From positions 6,330,548-6,394,547 of the forward strand of contig JBNZDD010013721.1 in assembly GCA_050575255.1 (NCBI GenBank): 64,000 nt of DNA, read 5' to 3'. Of the stretch, positions 1 through 11,200 are shown in pieces. Made by a program: the position numbers and the translations under genes. Below the pieces are notes generated by a model that saw only the letters and a list, made by a program, of their open reading frames with translations, did not search any database and was not told the DNA's origin. Source of the stretch: Harriotta raleighana. Taxonomy: Eukaryota. Each line of letters begins with the position of its first letter. Position 1 is the first letter of the stretch.

Positions 1-145
1 ACGCCCAAATGAGGTGATATATTGCTAGCTGATGGATTGTATAGTTATAATCTTAAAATAAATAGGGATTATGGTAATTATGGTTGACAATGCACTAAAA
101 CTGTTCCTTGTGTGTTGAAAGATTTCTGCTAACAAATCTGTGTCA

Positions 146-550
146 GCCTGGCGCAGTGATAGCAGCCTCGCCTCTGAGTAAGAGGGTTGTGGGTTCAACC
201 CCGGTCCTTAGCGCGTCAAAGTAGTGTTGGAGCCGGTGGGGGTAGTGTTGATACGCCATCCTTTTGATGAAAGTTTAAACCAATCCCAACTGCCTGATCA
301 GGTGGATGTTGAATATCCCATGGTACAATTCAAAAAGAAGTGAGTTTCTTCCACTGACCTTGCCAACAATTCCTCCAATTAAAAATTAGGCATTCAATCC
401 ATGGCTATTTGCAGGATATGGCTGTGCGCAGGGGGCTTGCTGCCTCAATTTGTCCACAAATCACAGTAAAAAAAAATTGAAGTAAATCCTGTAAAGCTCT
501 GAAACATCTCAACAACGTGATAAGGCTCTGAATGAAATACAATAATTATT
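146..550 (+). mobile_element. Old DeuSINE (SacSINE1-like) copy
   Basis: tRNA-like head (GGCGCAGTG...CGCCTCTGAGT...GGGTTCAA), Deu-like core and decayed L2-type tail. Confidence 0.6.
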
Positions 551-639
551 AAGTAGCCTTTGATAGGGTAGATACGGTAGATAGATTCTTACCTCTGGAA
601 AGTAATCCACTAATTAACTAATAACCAATTGGTGGTTAA

Positions 640-752
640 TATCAGGCATGTGGAGAAGGAAACTTGCATAAGATTTTGCCCCACCTGGGAATCGAACCCA
701 GGTCCTCCAGCTTGTGAGGCGAGTGCTCTAACTACTGGACTGTGGGACTCCA
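640..752 (-). mobile_element. tRNA-derived SINE 5' head
   Basis: Matches the head of the abundant SINE seen at 56267-56591. Confidence 0.75.
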
Positions 753-1178
753 AACCAACATTATTTCCAGGTTAGAAAGTAACCTACTTGATATTAAAAA
801 AAAAGTACTGACTTTCACATCAGGCATGATGTATGTAAGACGAACCATGAGGAACTTAACTGGAAAAAATCTTGAGGATGAAACTTTATTACAGCTGCAG
901 ATCAAGCGGTTGGTATTTCCAGCCAAAAAAAAATGTTTACAAATAATAAAAAGCCTTTACTGTATTCCTTAATCACGGAGGATTAAGCCTAGAAAGTCTA
1001 CGGTGTTTCTCAATGACGTTTGAGTGTGTGTATGTGTGTGTGTTGTCCCATGGACAAATTACACCAAGGCAAAAAAAAGTTTCTCGTTTCATTCTTTTAT
1101 TTTTCTCTCACGTTGTTCTATGGAAGGTGGGGAAACTGGTTTCTCGTTCTCGGGTCCTTGTTAATCTTGCGAGTAACC

Positions 1179-1793
1179 TCAAGAGCTCTTCATTGCCTGA
1201 GAGCTGGATATGATGTTTGGCAAGGCTCCCGAGATATCTGTGACCATACCTGGGGAGCTGTGGCAGAAAGTCCCAGGCAATGGGTGGTCGCACACTCTGG
1301 TCAGCCCAGTCTGTTGGGATTCGCAGAGAGTTCCAGGTACGGGCAAGAAACAGGGTGTCCAGAAAGTGGGTTCCTCCACCAGAGAGACAGAGTTGGAAGA
1401 ATACTGGAAAGTGATGGGAAGAAGCCTTTGAGGAATTTGATCAGAATCCTGATGCTGGATTTCCAACAGGGTGTCTGTCTTGTGGTAAAAAGCTTGCACC
1501 ATGATCACTCTATCATCCTCGATGACCACAGCCAGAGTGTTCAAATCCAAGCGGGGAGTCAGGTGGAGTTCGTTGGAAAAACCACAGTAGTTGTATCTGC
1601 TGATGCCTTCGCTCTCCTGGATCTTGCGTACATGTTGGCCAGAGATGTCCAATTCCCTGCCCTTGATGATGACTTTCACATTTCGGGGGTCAATACCTGC
1701 CAAGTTCAGGCGAAGTTGAAACCTCTCCCGTTGACTTTCGGCTGGAATCGGTGTCAGAGTGGAACCGTTTCCCGTTGATTCCATCTCAACCAT
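1179..1793 (-). CDS. Divergent small heat-shock protein (alpha-crystallin/HSP20 domain; HSP30/HSPB9/ODF1-like), 204 aa, apparently intronless
   Basis: Residues ~23-101 (RFQLRLNLAGIDPRNVKVIIKGRELDISGQHVRK...YNYCGFSNELHLTPRLDLNTLAVVIEDDRVIMVQA) follow the alpha-crystallin beta-strand pattern. Minus-strand AATAAA (tttatt at 1096-1101) lies ~80 nt past the stop. A possible acceptor just upstream of the ATG means an upstream exon cannot be excluded. Confidence 0.75.
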   Translation of the reverse strand: MVEMESTGNGSTLTPIPAESQRERFQLRLNLAGIDPRNVKVIIKGRELDISGQHVRKIQESEGISRYNYCGFSNELHLTPRLDLNTLAVVIEDDRVIMVQAFYHKTDTLLEIQHQDSDQIPQRLLPITFQYSSNSVSLVEEPTFWTPCFLPVPGTLCESQQTGLTRVCDHPLPGTFCHSSPGMVTDISGALPNIISSSQAMKSS

Positions 1794-2123
1794 TCCTAGC
1801 TTTCAGGAAAGGGCGCAGCACAGTTGGACTTGTGGCTTTCCTCCCCCCAACCCACCCAACCTCACCCCCCCCCGCCCCCCACCCAAAGACTTGATAGTGA
1901 GATCACACATGTCTTAGTCACCTCTATGATGAAAAAATTACAAATTTAATAAATAATGTTGGACTATCAATTTAGTTTGATGCATACAATTAAGACCAGT
2001 GGATTGAACAGAAACGTTCATCCTTGTCAATATTAATAATATTCTGATTATTAATATATATGATCATCTTCTAGATCGATAATATTTTGTTCAGTCGATC
2101 ATTATATCAAGACTAGAGAGTCT

Positions 2124-2526
2124 TGTACTGCTAAACTTCATAGCCTTGTTAGACCTGATTAATGCATGCTGTCTTGTCCTTATCTATTGTCCTTGCATTT
2201 GCTGGTGCAGTCATGTAGAAAAGGAATGCGTAAATGTGGGATGTAAAGCAAGAAAACGGTATCTGTGAGGCAAACCAGCTGGCTCTGTGGTTTCAATTGA
2301 AGGCTGAGGAAATAGGTCAGGTACAAATGTAGCCGGCGTAACTGTTGCTCGTTAGAGCAGACTCAGGAAGAAAGCACAGAAACCAATGCACTGTACCTCT
2401 CTCTCTCTATTCTCCTGATTAGGTAACTATGCCTTTTTCTGTACCTTTGTAGATGCGATAATAAAGTATAATAAAACTAAAAACTGCCATTGTGAGTTCA
2501 GTTATCTGTTGTCTGAAAGAAACACA
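2124..2526 (+). mobile_element. Candidate solo LTR
   Basis: Starts TGT, ends ACA, AATAAA near the 3' end. Shares blocks (TGTACTGCT, TGTCTT.TCCTTATCTA, CAAGAAAACGGTATCTGT...CAAACCAG.TGG) with 30627-31050. Confidence 0.45.
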
Positions 2527-2949
2527 CTCTTTAGAGTCAACTATTTGAAATCTGTGCCTTCTGAATGCTGATTTGCCAATCAGGAATAATCTATTAATAT
2601 TTACCCTATCACCATACCCTATATTTACCCATCCTTCATAACTTTGAAGATCTATCAGTTCACTTAAGCTTCTTAATTCTAATGTAAAAACAAGTTTCTT
2701 TTCACAAAATGAAATTCCTCAACCCTGATAATGTCCTATTCCTGACAATACAATAGAATTATTACTTTAGGAAGCTTCACAGTGCACAAATTTAATCCAA
2801 GAAGTACAACATATCTTGGTGCTCTCATCAACCTATGGTTAATAAGTACTACAGTATATTCAAAGGTGTAGTTTCAGCTGAAACATGTGATAGGAGGCTT
2901 ATAATAACATGATTCCATTGTACCAAATTCATGACAATAGCCCTTTTGA

Positions 2950-3270
2950 TATAATATATTTGGTACAGCACCTTATCATATCGGAAGAATATCTCAAAGG
3001 GCTTCACGGAATTTACTGTAAATTAAGTAACTGTGTATTTGTAGGCGAATGCAGCAGCACAATTATGCACAGCAATGCCCCACAAACAGTCATGGGGCGA
3101 GTTACCAATTTTATTTGGGGGATTGTTGGTCAGGACACCGAGAGAAACTCCCTTCTATGTTTGGATAGTGACATTGGATTTGCAAAGCAGGCCCTGCTCC
3201 TTGTCCCTTGCCTGGTCCACTCCACAATCAATGGTCAAACCTTCAGTCACTGCCCCATGTAAAGAACATT
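2950..3270 (-). mobile_element. Decayed Deu-core SINE
   Basis: Reverse complement of the TGTTTGTGGG...TGCTGTGCA core and tail. Confidence 0.55.
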
Positions 3271-4419
3271 GTGTAAATATAAGTAATTGTTGTCATTGAT
3301 ACCAATGAAGAGTGGACCTGGGCTGACTTTTCCACAATCAAATGGGGGCATTGAGATCAACTCTGTCCCTGCGTTAGCTCATTCAGACCTAGATAAATAT
3401 ACTATGGGGCTCAGTAGCTTTAGAAAAGCAAAACACAGTAAAATATTCTAGTATTAATTCTCTCAAATGATGATAACATCCACTTTCATATCAATGAAAG
3501 CTCTTTAAAATAAAGACTCTGAAATCTAAGAAACATAGTATGTTTATCACTTTAGGCACATGTAAGTTAGCATTAAGGCAACAATGGCATCAAGTCTGTA
3601 TAGTTNCTCTGAAATCTAAGAAACATAGTATGTTTATCACTTAAGGCAATTTGCAGCTACTTAAGCACATGTAAGTTAGCATTAAGGCAACAATGGCATC
3701 AAGTCTGTATAGTTTAGTCAATCATTATTTGGTCCTCTAATTAATTTTACTTTGATAATACTGTATTGAACTGCATGCACAAAACATTCACAAAGTCACA
3801 TTTCCTCTAAGAATGTTTCAACACTCGTACAATTGTGACATTTTAGAATGTTCATTGTCCATTTCCATGGACATGTTATGCTGGTCAGTGAGTTAGTTAC
3901 AAGCCCTGATGACTGAACATTGATCTTAGATAGTGAACTGAACAGGATTAAAAAAAAAAACTTTTGTCAAACTCTATCTTTGAAATAAATAGATTGCTTC
4001 AGGTTCCGGCACTTTAAGCTGCAATTGAATTTAAAACAAAACTTTTTGGGAATGTTCATTTTGGTAAGTAAAATGACCTATTGATATTAATTCCAACATA
4101 TAGCTTTGAAACTTGAGTTATTAAAGGTTTTAGGGTTAATTGTGCCAGGCTAAAAGGAAGTAGTCTCAAACAGCACAGGTTTGAATTATTATATTTGCAC
4201 AACCACTATATCAGCTGAGGAGATTGAAAACTGAGAAACTCCTAAGCAGTAATTATAGAAGGCTGCTATGGTCTGCCTCACAAGAAACATGTTAAGATAT
4301 ATAACATGTCATAGTTTAGTGCCTGCTAGGGAATTTTGTTAATCACATGTAATATTTTTCCAACTGAAAACTTATCTTTAGGGCCAAGAAAATAATTGGA
4401 AAGTAGCCAGTGATATCTC

Positions 4420-4595
4420 TGTGACATTGTGATGTCACACCAATGGAGATATGATTTACATATTGACTGATATCTCTACACAAGAGTGAAAACGGAAGGT
4501 ATCATGTTGGCAACTCCTCACAACATTCTCAACTTCACTGGGAATATATTTTTCCTGATAATGGAATAACAAATAAGGGAGGCTTTGAGGTGAGT
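4420..4595 (+). promoter_or_regulatory. Candidate promoter and non-coding first exon of the SPATA25-like gene
   Basis: Palindrome TGTGACAT-tgtg-ATGTCACA (4420-4439) containing CRE-like TGATGTCA, CCAAT at 4440, and consensus donor GAG|GTGAGT at 4589/4590 that could join the acceptor at 5872/5873. Confidence 0.35.
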
Positions 4596-6065
4596 AAAAA
4601 GACTATAAGGTGCTCAAGTGGCTGATAAACAAAATGCGCCATTATTTTGCCATTATGGTTTGGGTTTAGAGAAATATGTGGATCAAAGATTAGGGATTAA
4701 ATAGTATGTACTGTACAATGCAACAGATGATATTGTGATACATTTATAATACCGTGAGATAGAGAATTATTTTGTAATTGAAAACACATTGGAAGGGCTT
4801 TTGATAGCACTGATTTTATTGTATAGTTAAGCAAAAGAGCCACTTTTACACTGCTGTATTTATTGAAATGCTCAGTAAAATGAATATCTGAGATCTAGTG
4901 AAAGGCGTGTCCATTCATGATCTCGTGTAGTGACAACTCTTCATGTCTGTAAGGTCAAATGTTTTTGGTCATAGTATAATTTTTAATTAAGAGAACTTTT
5001 AAACTTTATTTAACACATACAGAAATCCATCACCATGCTTAAGAATATCCAAACCAAATACTGATCAGATTTTATTACACTTTATTCAACCCGTGAAAGC
5101 TGCTGTACAAATGTAATTTTGTTGTTGCTTCGTAGAGCATTTAGCCAGCATTAGTGCCTCTTCTTTCTTCTACAAACTGATTCTTTACAACTTGTAGGTG
5201 TTCCAGTTTATGCTAAGTAGACCTTGTCACACAATTGCTTTTACTGAAGTTCAGATAAGTCATTCTATTAAAATAATCAATGACACTTTCAATGTAGCAC
5301 TTTTAGTGTCAGAATATCTCAAAGTGCTGTGTGAACAATTGTTGTTAATGTATGAACTGTGTATTGTAGACACACACCAAATTAACCAGTCTAGCTGAAG
5401 GGTTGTTGTACGGCATATTTGAATAGTTATGGAATGTTGACAAGCAAATGGGACCTCAATTTAATGTCTCACTTGAATATTATTTTGCTTTTTATTTCTT
5501 CATGGCCAAACCTCATTTGCGAGCTTTGTGTGTGCTCAAAAAATTAGTTTTCTGATTCTGAATGCAAGACAAATCCAAAGAAAGAATATATTCCTTGAAT
5601 TGACATGATGTATTAATTCACTCCAACAATCTACCTCTGGAATTTTCATGTGTAGGTAGGATGTATGGAATTCTCAGTTTAGTTTGGTTTCAGTTTAGCC
5701 ACTCTTAAGCATGGTGTTGGGTCAGATTCATGTGTCAGATCAAAAATAAAGTTTGAACATTATCTCTTAATTAAAAATTGTGCTTTAACAATACCTTGTA
5801 GGGTACTCATATTTAGTAAAAGGCATTTTTAAAAAGGATTAATTGCCTGTAAACTATTTTTTTTGTTCATAGGTGATCATTGGAAACAAAATCCACTCAG
5901 AACAAATTCAGTCAAAGACCCAAAGAATTTCCATCAGTCATCTATAGCACTGGTTAATGGAAAAAAACAAGCAGAAAAACTAACATCACGACTTGTGGAG
6001 AAACAACACAATATTCCAAAGACTGACGCACCTTTCATACACTAGACAATAACATTTACTATCAA

Positions 6066-6806
6066 ATGAATCACTTCCCGATACAAACCAACATGGAATA
6101 TGCAGGTCAGCAGTGGGAGCAATGGGGAGATTATTATCCTGAGATTTATTCCCAAGGATTTTACGAAGGATATTCTTTCAACGGTGTTCTTGGTAATCAT
6201 ACAGATTATTTTCATCAACAGAATTATTTTAATCATCCTACGATGTCATTAAGTTGGAGGTCACAGAATGTTCTCCTCAATCATGAAGCATCTCATCTAA
6301 TAGGACAGCAGCAGATAGAACACTATCAACAAACAAACTCTTTACAAAGAACAGGATGTCCTAGTGGAAGTTTCTCATCAACCTCTCCTAGGGTGGTTAT
6401 ATCTTCCAGGTCTGTCTTGTCTGCCAGCGCAGGTGAAACAGAAACAGCAAAGCAGAATGAAATGCCCCAAATGTGTATCCTTGCTCTTGCCATGATGGTA
6501 GCTGGTATCCCCACAGTACCTGTGCCCAGAGTTAAAGCAGAGGACATGATATTGGCAGCTCAAAAGTTTAGAGCTGACAACTCGAATTTAAGTGGTGACA
6601 TAGACAAAATGATGAAAGATAAAGAGAGAAAGAGATCTTTTACTAAGGAATACATGTTCTCTAATAATAGTACCGAGGAAAGAATCGACTGGAAGGGAAC
6701 AAGGGAAAATGCAATCCGTTATCCACAAATCAGTGTTCTGGTATTAGAAAGTGATGATCAGGCTGATGCAAAGAGACATAGATCAAATGACTTGATACTC
6801 ACATAA
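6066..6806 (+). CDS. SPATA25: SPATA25-like (spermatogenesis-associated 25) protein, 246 aa
   Basis: Contains MCILALAMMVAGIPTVPVPRVKAEDMILAAQKF, which I recognise as the conserved SPATA25 motif (CIL.LAMM.AGIPTVPVP.V.EED.I.AAQ.F). In-frame TGA at 6024 precedes the ATG. Acceptor at 5871-5872; AATAAA at 7113 and 7126. Confidence 0.8.
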   Translation: MNHFPIQTNMEYAGQQWEQWGDYYPEIYSQGFYEGYSFNGVLGNHTDYFHQQNYFNHPTMSLSWRSQNVLLNHEASHLIGQQQIEHYQQTNSLQRTGCPSGSFSSTSPRVVISSRSVLSASAGETETAKQNEMPQMCILALAMMVAGIPTVPVPRVKAEDMILAAQKFRADNSNLSGDIDKMMKDKERKRSFTKEYMFSNNSTEERIDWKGTRENAIRYPQISVLVLESDDQADAKRHRSNDLILT

Positions 6807-7584
6807 ACACTAAAGATTTTAAATTAAATTACTATTAGGGAAATGGGATCCACATGTGTTGCAATGTATGCAGTTTAGAAATGTACTATCATTATTTTTT
6901 TCCTGCAAATGACTTTTAAAACAACAACAATAACATTGAATTTGTAACTAATATGTATGTGAAATTATGATTATAAAGGATGTTTATGTTTAATTTGAGT
7001 TCTTCTAAATTATGCACTTAATTGCCTTTCAGAGTAGAATACGTTTGCATCATTTTGCCCAATATTTGCTTAATTAGGTTTATGATATCTATTACAGAAC
7101 AGAAAGTATGTTAATAAAAAATTAAAATAAAGTTTACACGTTCATTCAAGTGACTGGTGAGAATCATGGCAGATAGAACAATATATATATACAGTGTGGG
7201 TGACCCTGCAGATAACCTTGGTGGTATCCTCCAATGTAGCTTTTTCTCTTTCACAGGGCTTCCTCATTTTGTAAAAATTGATCAAAATATTGTACCATTT
7301 AATGTTTACACATTACTATATATTTTTTAAAAAGTGGTTTAATGTGAGGTGGTTCCAATTATACTAGATGTGAAAAAATCTTTTCCTATTTGCTTGTAAT
7401 TTCTGTATTCAATCCTAAATATTGTTCATGGTGATGTTATAACATAGTTCTGAAACAGTTTCCAGAATTTCAGGAAAGTAATTAGAGGAGTTCTTGGATC
7501 ACTTGTGGAGAATTGAAATATTTTTGAATTTTGTGATTCAAATATCTCATTAAGTAATCTAATATTTATAAAATATTTGTGATA

Positions 7585-7735
7585 AGGTAGACATGTATTT
7601 GGGGCGGAAGGGTTTGCAAAATTATGAGGAGAGAGCTGGGAAGTGGGATTAAATTGCTCTTTTTAAAGAGCTGGCACAAACTCGAAGGGCCGAATGGCCT
7701 CCTTTCGTGCAGTAAGATTCTATGATTCTATGATG
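7585..7735 (+). mobile_element. CR1 LINE 3' end
   Basis: GGGCCGAATGGCCTCCT...(GATTCTAT)n terminal repeat typical of CR1. Confidence 0.7.
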
Positions 7736-8208
7736 AATCTAAGGGTAGAGTTTACAGATACTAAATAATAAAATAATAAATTGTTGAAATTTTAAACACA
7801 ATTCCTGCAGTTATATTATACAATTCTTGGTAATTTTATTGAAAAAGTAGTTAAACAATGAGCTTCCCTGCTAAACTGAGATGCCAACCAGGTGACGTTC
7901 TACTGTAGCTTATTCTAATGAATCTCTCTTCATCATCACTTGTTGAAAAGTCTTCCCTTTCACTAAGTTTCTTGTTCAATCAACAGTTCCGCATGTAAAG
8001 TGTTAATAAAAAAAGACATTTTGAGTGCTACTTTGGAACCTCACACAATGACGCAAAACTACTTTTATTTGTGTGCATTGTCCTTTAAATGAAGCACATT
8101 TGCATGTAAGACTTACAACAATGTTCTTAATCACAAATAAACTTTACTGGAATTCTAATTCAACTTGGTGTCACTGAGATCCAGTTGTACATTTAAGTAA
8201 ACTTGCCT

Positions 8209-8250
8209 TCAGCCACTATCCTGAAAATCAGTCCCAAACATTATCATACC
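8209..8250 (-). CDS. BPI-fold gene terminal coding exon
   Basis: GMIMFGTDFQDSG*; minus-strand AATAAA at 8064-8069. Confidence 0.85.
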   Translation of the reverse strand, partial: GMIMFGTDFQDSG

Positions 8251-11200
8251 CTAAAAACAAACAAATGCATTATTATATTAGAACATTTAAAATAAATATC
8301 TAAATTCATCTAAATGATTTTTCTTTTTGGTGAGAGAACCAGGTATTCCCATCTTGAAATATTGTACCAATATTCATTGTCTAGGATGAGGTGAAGTTAG
8401 GTTCTATATCCCTGGCATCACTTTCAAATACATCTTTCAAAAGCATTAAATAGACGTAGTTTTAGAAGATATAGAGAACAATACTTTTCTAAGTAATCAT
8501 CTAAACTACAAAACATATTAATTACCAGGATTATTCACTTAGGAGTTTGCATCTATCCCATAGCATTAATTAGATTTTTGGGGGGAGTAGAGGGGAATTG
8601 CCAATGGGACACATTAATAAGACTAGCTACAAAGACAGAATTAAAGTAATCAGTATTCATATGGTGTTGCTTTAGACTGATAATTTTATGTTCTTTCTCT
8701 ACCATAATGTAATAGACAAATTTATCTTTATTCTTTTAAAATAGTTTTGGAATGTTATTTTATCTCTAAATCCTTTTATGAAAAGAGAAAATGCTATTTT
8801 CACACCAATATCCATATTAAAACATAAATTTTGTTTGTATACTGTAGCTATTTAATTTATTTTACAGGTAAGACAGATACCAATAAAAATAGTAATAATA
8901 AATAATAATAATCCTTGCATTTAGTATAGCGCGTCGTTTCATATCTTCTAGTCTCACAGCACTTCACAGAATATACCGTAATGTGAATTCACTGTATATT
9001 TCTGGGCGAATAGCAGTGTAATACAAATCCAGCATTAAAAAAACTTTTTATTAAATTTTAATTCAGAATCTTGATAATTTATCATGCTGAATTTTTATTT
9101 AATCAGGTAGCTTTTTGCTAAAATAGCTTCTATTTTCTTAAAGATGTTAGTTTAATATTTTAATAATACCGTGAATCAGGTGTGGCATCTTTACACAAAC
9201 AAAGCCTTCAATGTGACTATGTGCTTATGAAGAGGAGATAAATGTTTCTCTTTCCAAAGATCAATATAAATTTAGATTTTTTACCTTGTTAATTTTAATG
9301 ATTGGATTCAGCAATGATATATTGTTTAAGATTGGTAGGGCCTTCCCTCTGTACAGTAACACTAGAAAAATGGGAGAAGGCACAAGAATTATTATTTTTA
9401 AACTATTCTAATTTTTATATGATTTCTTTTTTGAAGCTATTTGCCAACTTGTTAACAATTTGCTTCCACAAAAGAACATAATAATAATGCTTCTATTTGA
9501 TATAGTGCTTTTCACATCTGCTAGATGTCTCAAAGTACTTCACAGAATATACTAAAAGGTGTATTGACTGGATATTTGTGGTCGAAACGTGCCAGCCAAT
9601 TGCGCACAACCGTGTCCCACAAACAATCGTGGATTGAAATGACCAATTTTTTTTCAAGGGATTATTATTAGGCATGTGGAGTAAGGAAACTTGCCCAAGG
9701 TTTTGCCCTGACCTGTCCGGAATTGAACCCAGGTCTCTAGCTTGCAAGGCGAGTGCTCTAATCGCTGAACTACAGGACTCCATGTAAGAATTTGCTAGAT
9801 GAAAGAAGACCATGGTCCACCCAGTTCACCTGGCAGTTGCTTGCACATGTCGTCTCCACTTTCTATATACTATATCCCGAGATATGATTTGCTTAAATAA
9901 ATGTATCTTATTTGCTATGGAAAGAATCAACACTTTCTGCTTCCACCATCTCCCTAGGGAGTCTGCTCCACAGATTTACTGATTGTATAAAAATGTATTT
10001 ATTTAAAAATACTTAGAAAATTATTATATTTCAAGAAGATGCAGAACACTTTACAAAAAGAATTCTAGTTTACAATTCTTGTTTATAATGGTACAATTCC
10101 AAAATGATGAAGAATTAAGATTATAGTCTATAATGGGACAACATTTCAATACAAATTGAATACTTAGGATTGTCTCACTCAGACAAACATACCATTTAGC
10201 TGCGGAAACACACTCTTCTTAAATAAAGTCTCCACGATCGCATCCAATACCTTCACCTGCGTGCAATCAGAGTATCACAGATGATCTACATTTTCTCTTG
10301 TTCCCAAGTAATTTTTAAAATAATGACTTAAAGAAACAATCATAGCATCTACTTTTAGAAGTTTTTTTAAAATCAATTCTACTTTAAATTGAAAATTAAA
10401 TGATGCAGTGAGTTAAAAGTGATAATGTAAGATGTTGTATAGTACTTACATGAATGTCCCCCACTTTTGATTCCTTCAAAACTAGATTGAAACTATTTTA
10501 AAAATAAGAAAATAATTTTGTTACTTAATTTCAGATGTCAATATATTTCATGCAAATCAATGCCTTTTTTTGGGGAAGAAAGCAAGTAGCTTTCTGATTC
10601 TAGTGTCATTTTACTGGAGCTATAATAGGGATGTGGAGACATATATGTATTTTCATATGTTCAGTTCCTGATCCCAACCCCATTCCACTTGGGAAAATAT
10701 TGAATGCAAATGGATAATTAGCTAAAGGACAAATATCTCAATATCTTAACAGTCAATTGCTTAGTTGCATTGGCAGCAACCTTGGAATGGATCATCTGTC
10801 AGCCTTTTCTCTCCGTTCAAGAATGAAGATCAAAAGAAAAAATAGCAAGAAACACCAGACCTAACATTTTAACAATGAATGATTCCCTCCTTACCATTTT
10901 CACCAAATAATGAAAATCTGGACAATCAACACCTGGGTATCATGAATTTTTTTTACAACCTTTTTTAACTTAGAAAATTAAAATGCCCCTCCTCAATTTG
11001 TGTTTGATAGTTTTTATTGTGTTTGAAAATGAAAATAGAACTATTAAATGAAAATCTACAATTATCAAATTGAATACATTACAATGTCCAATGTGAAAGG
11101 CGCTATAGAAATGTAATTTTGTTGTTGTGGTTGCAGCCCTGAAAGAAGTGGGGTTTTCCAGAAATGTTCTAACTTATGCCAAGATTGTCAGAATTAGCTT

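Noticed and set aside
1020-1778. 252-aa + strand ORF
   Set aside because: Antisense shadow of the sHSP ORF; non-ATG start in a (TG)n tract; no recognisable motif.
3517-3713. Tandem duplications at 3606, 20443, 20963, 21648, 23573, 26346, 48153 and 53402
   Set aside because: Each is centred on a single N; assembly or haplotype overlap artefacts, not biological repeats.
3846-4057. GAATGTTC heat-shock-element-like dimers at 3846 and 4050 upstream of the sHSP
   Set aside because: Only two nGAAn units each (three are normally needed) and more than 2 kb from the ORF.
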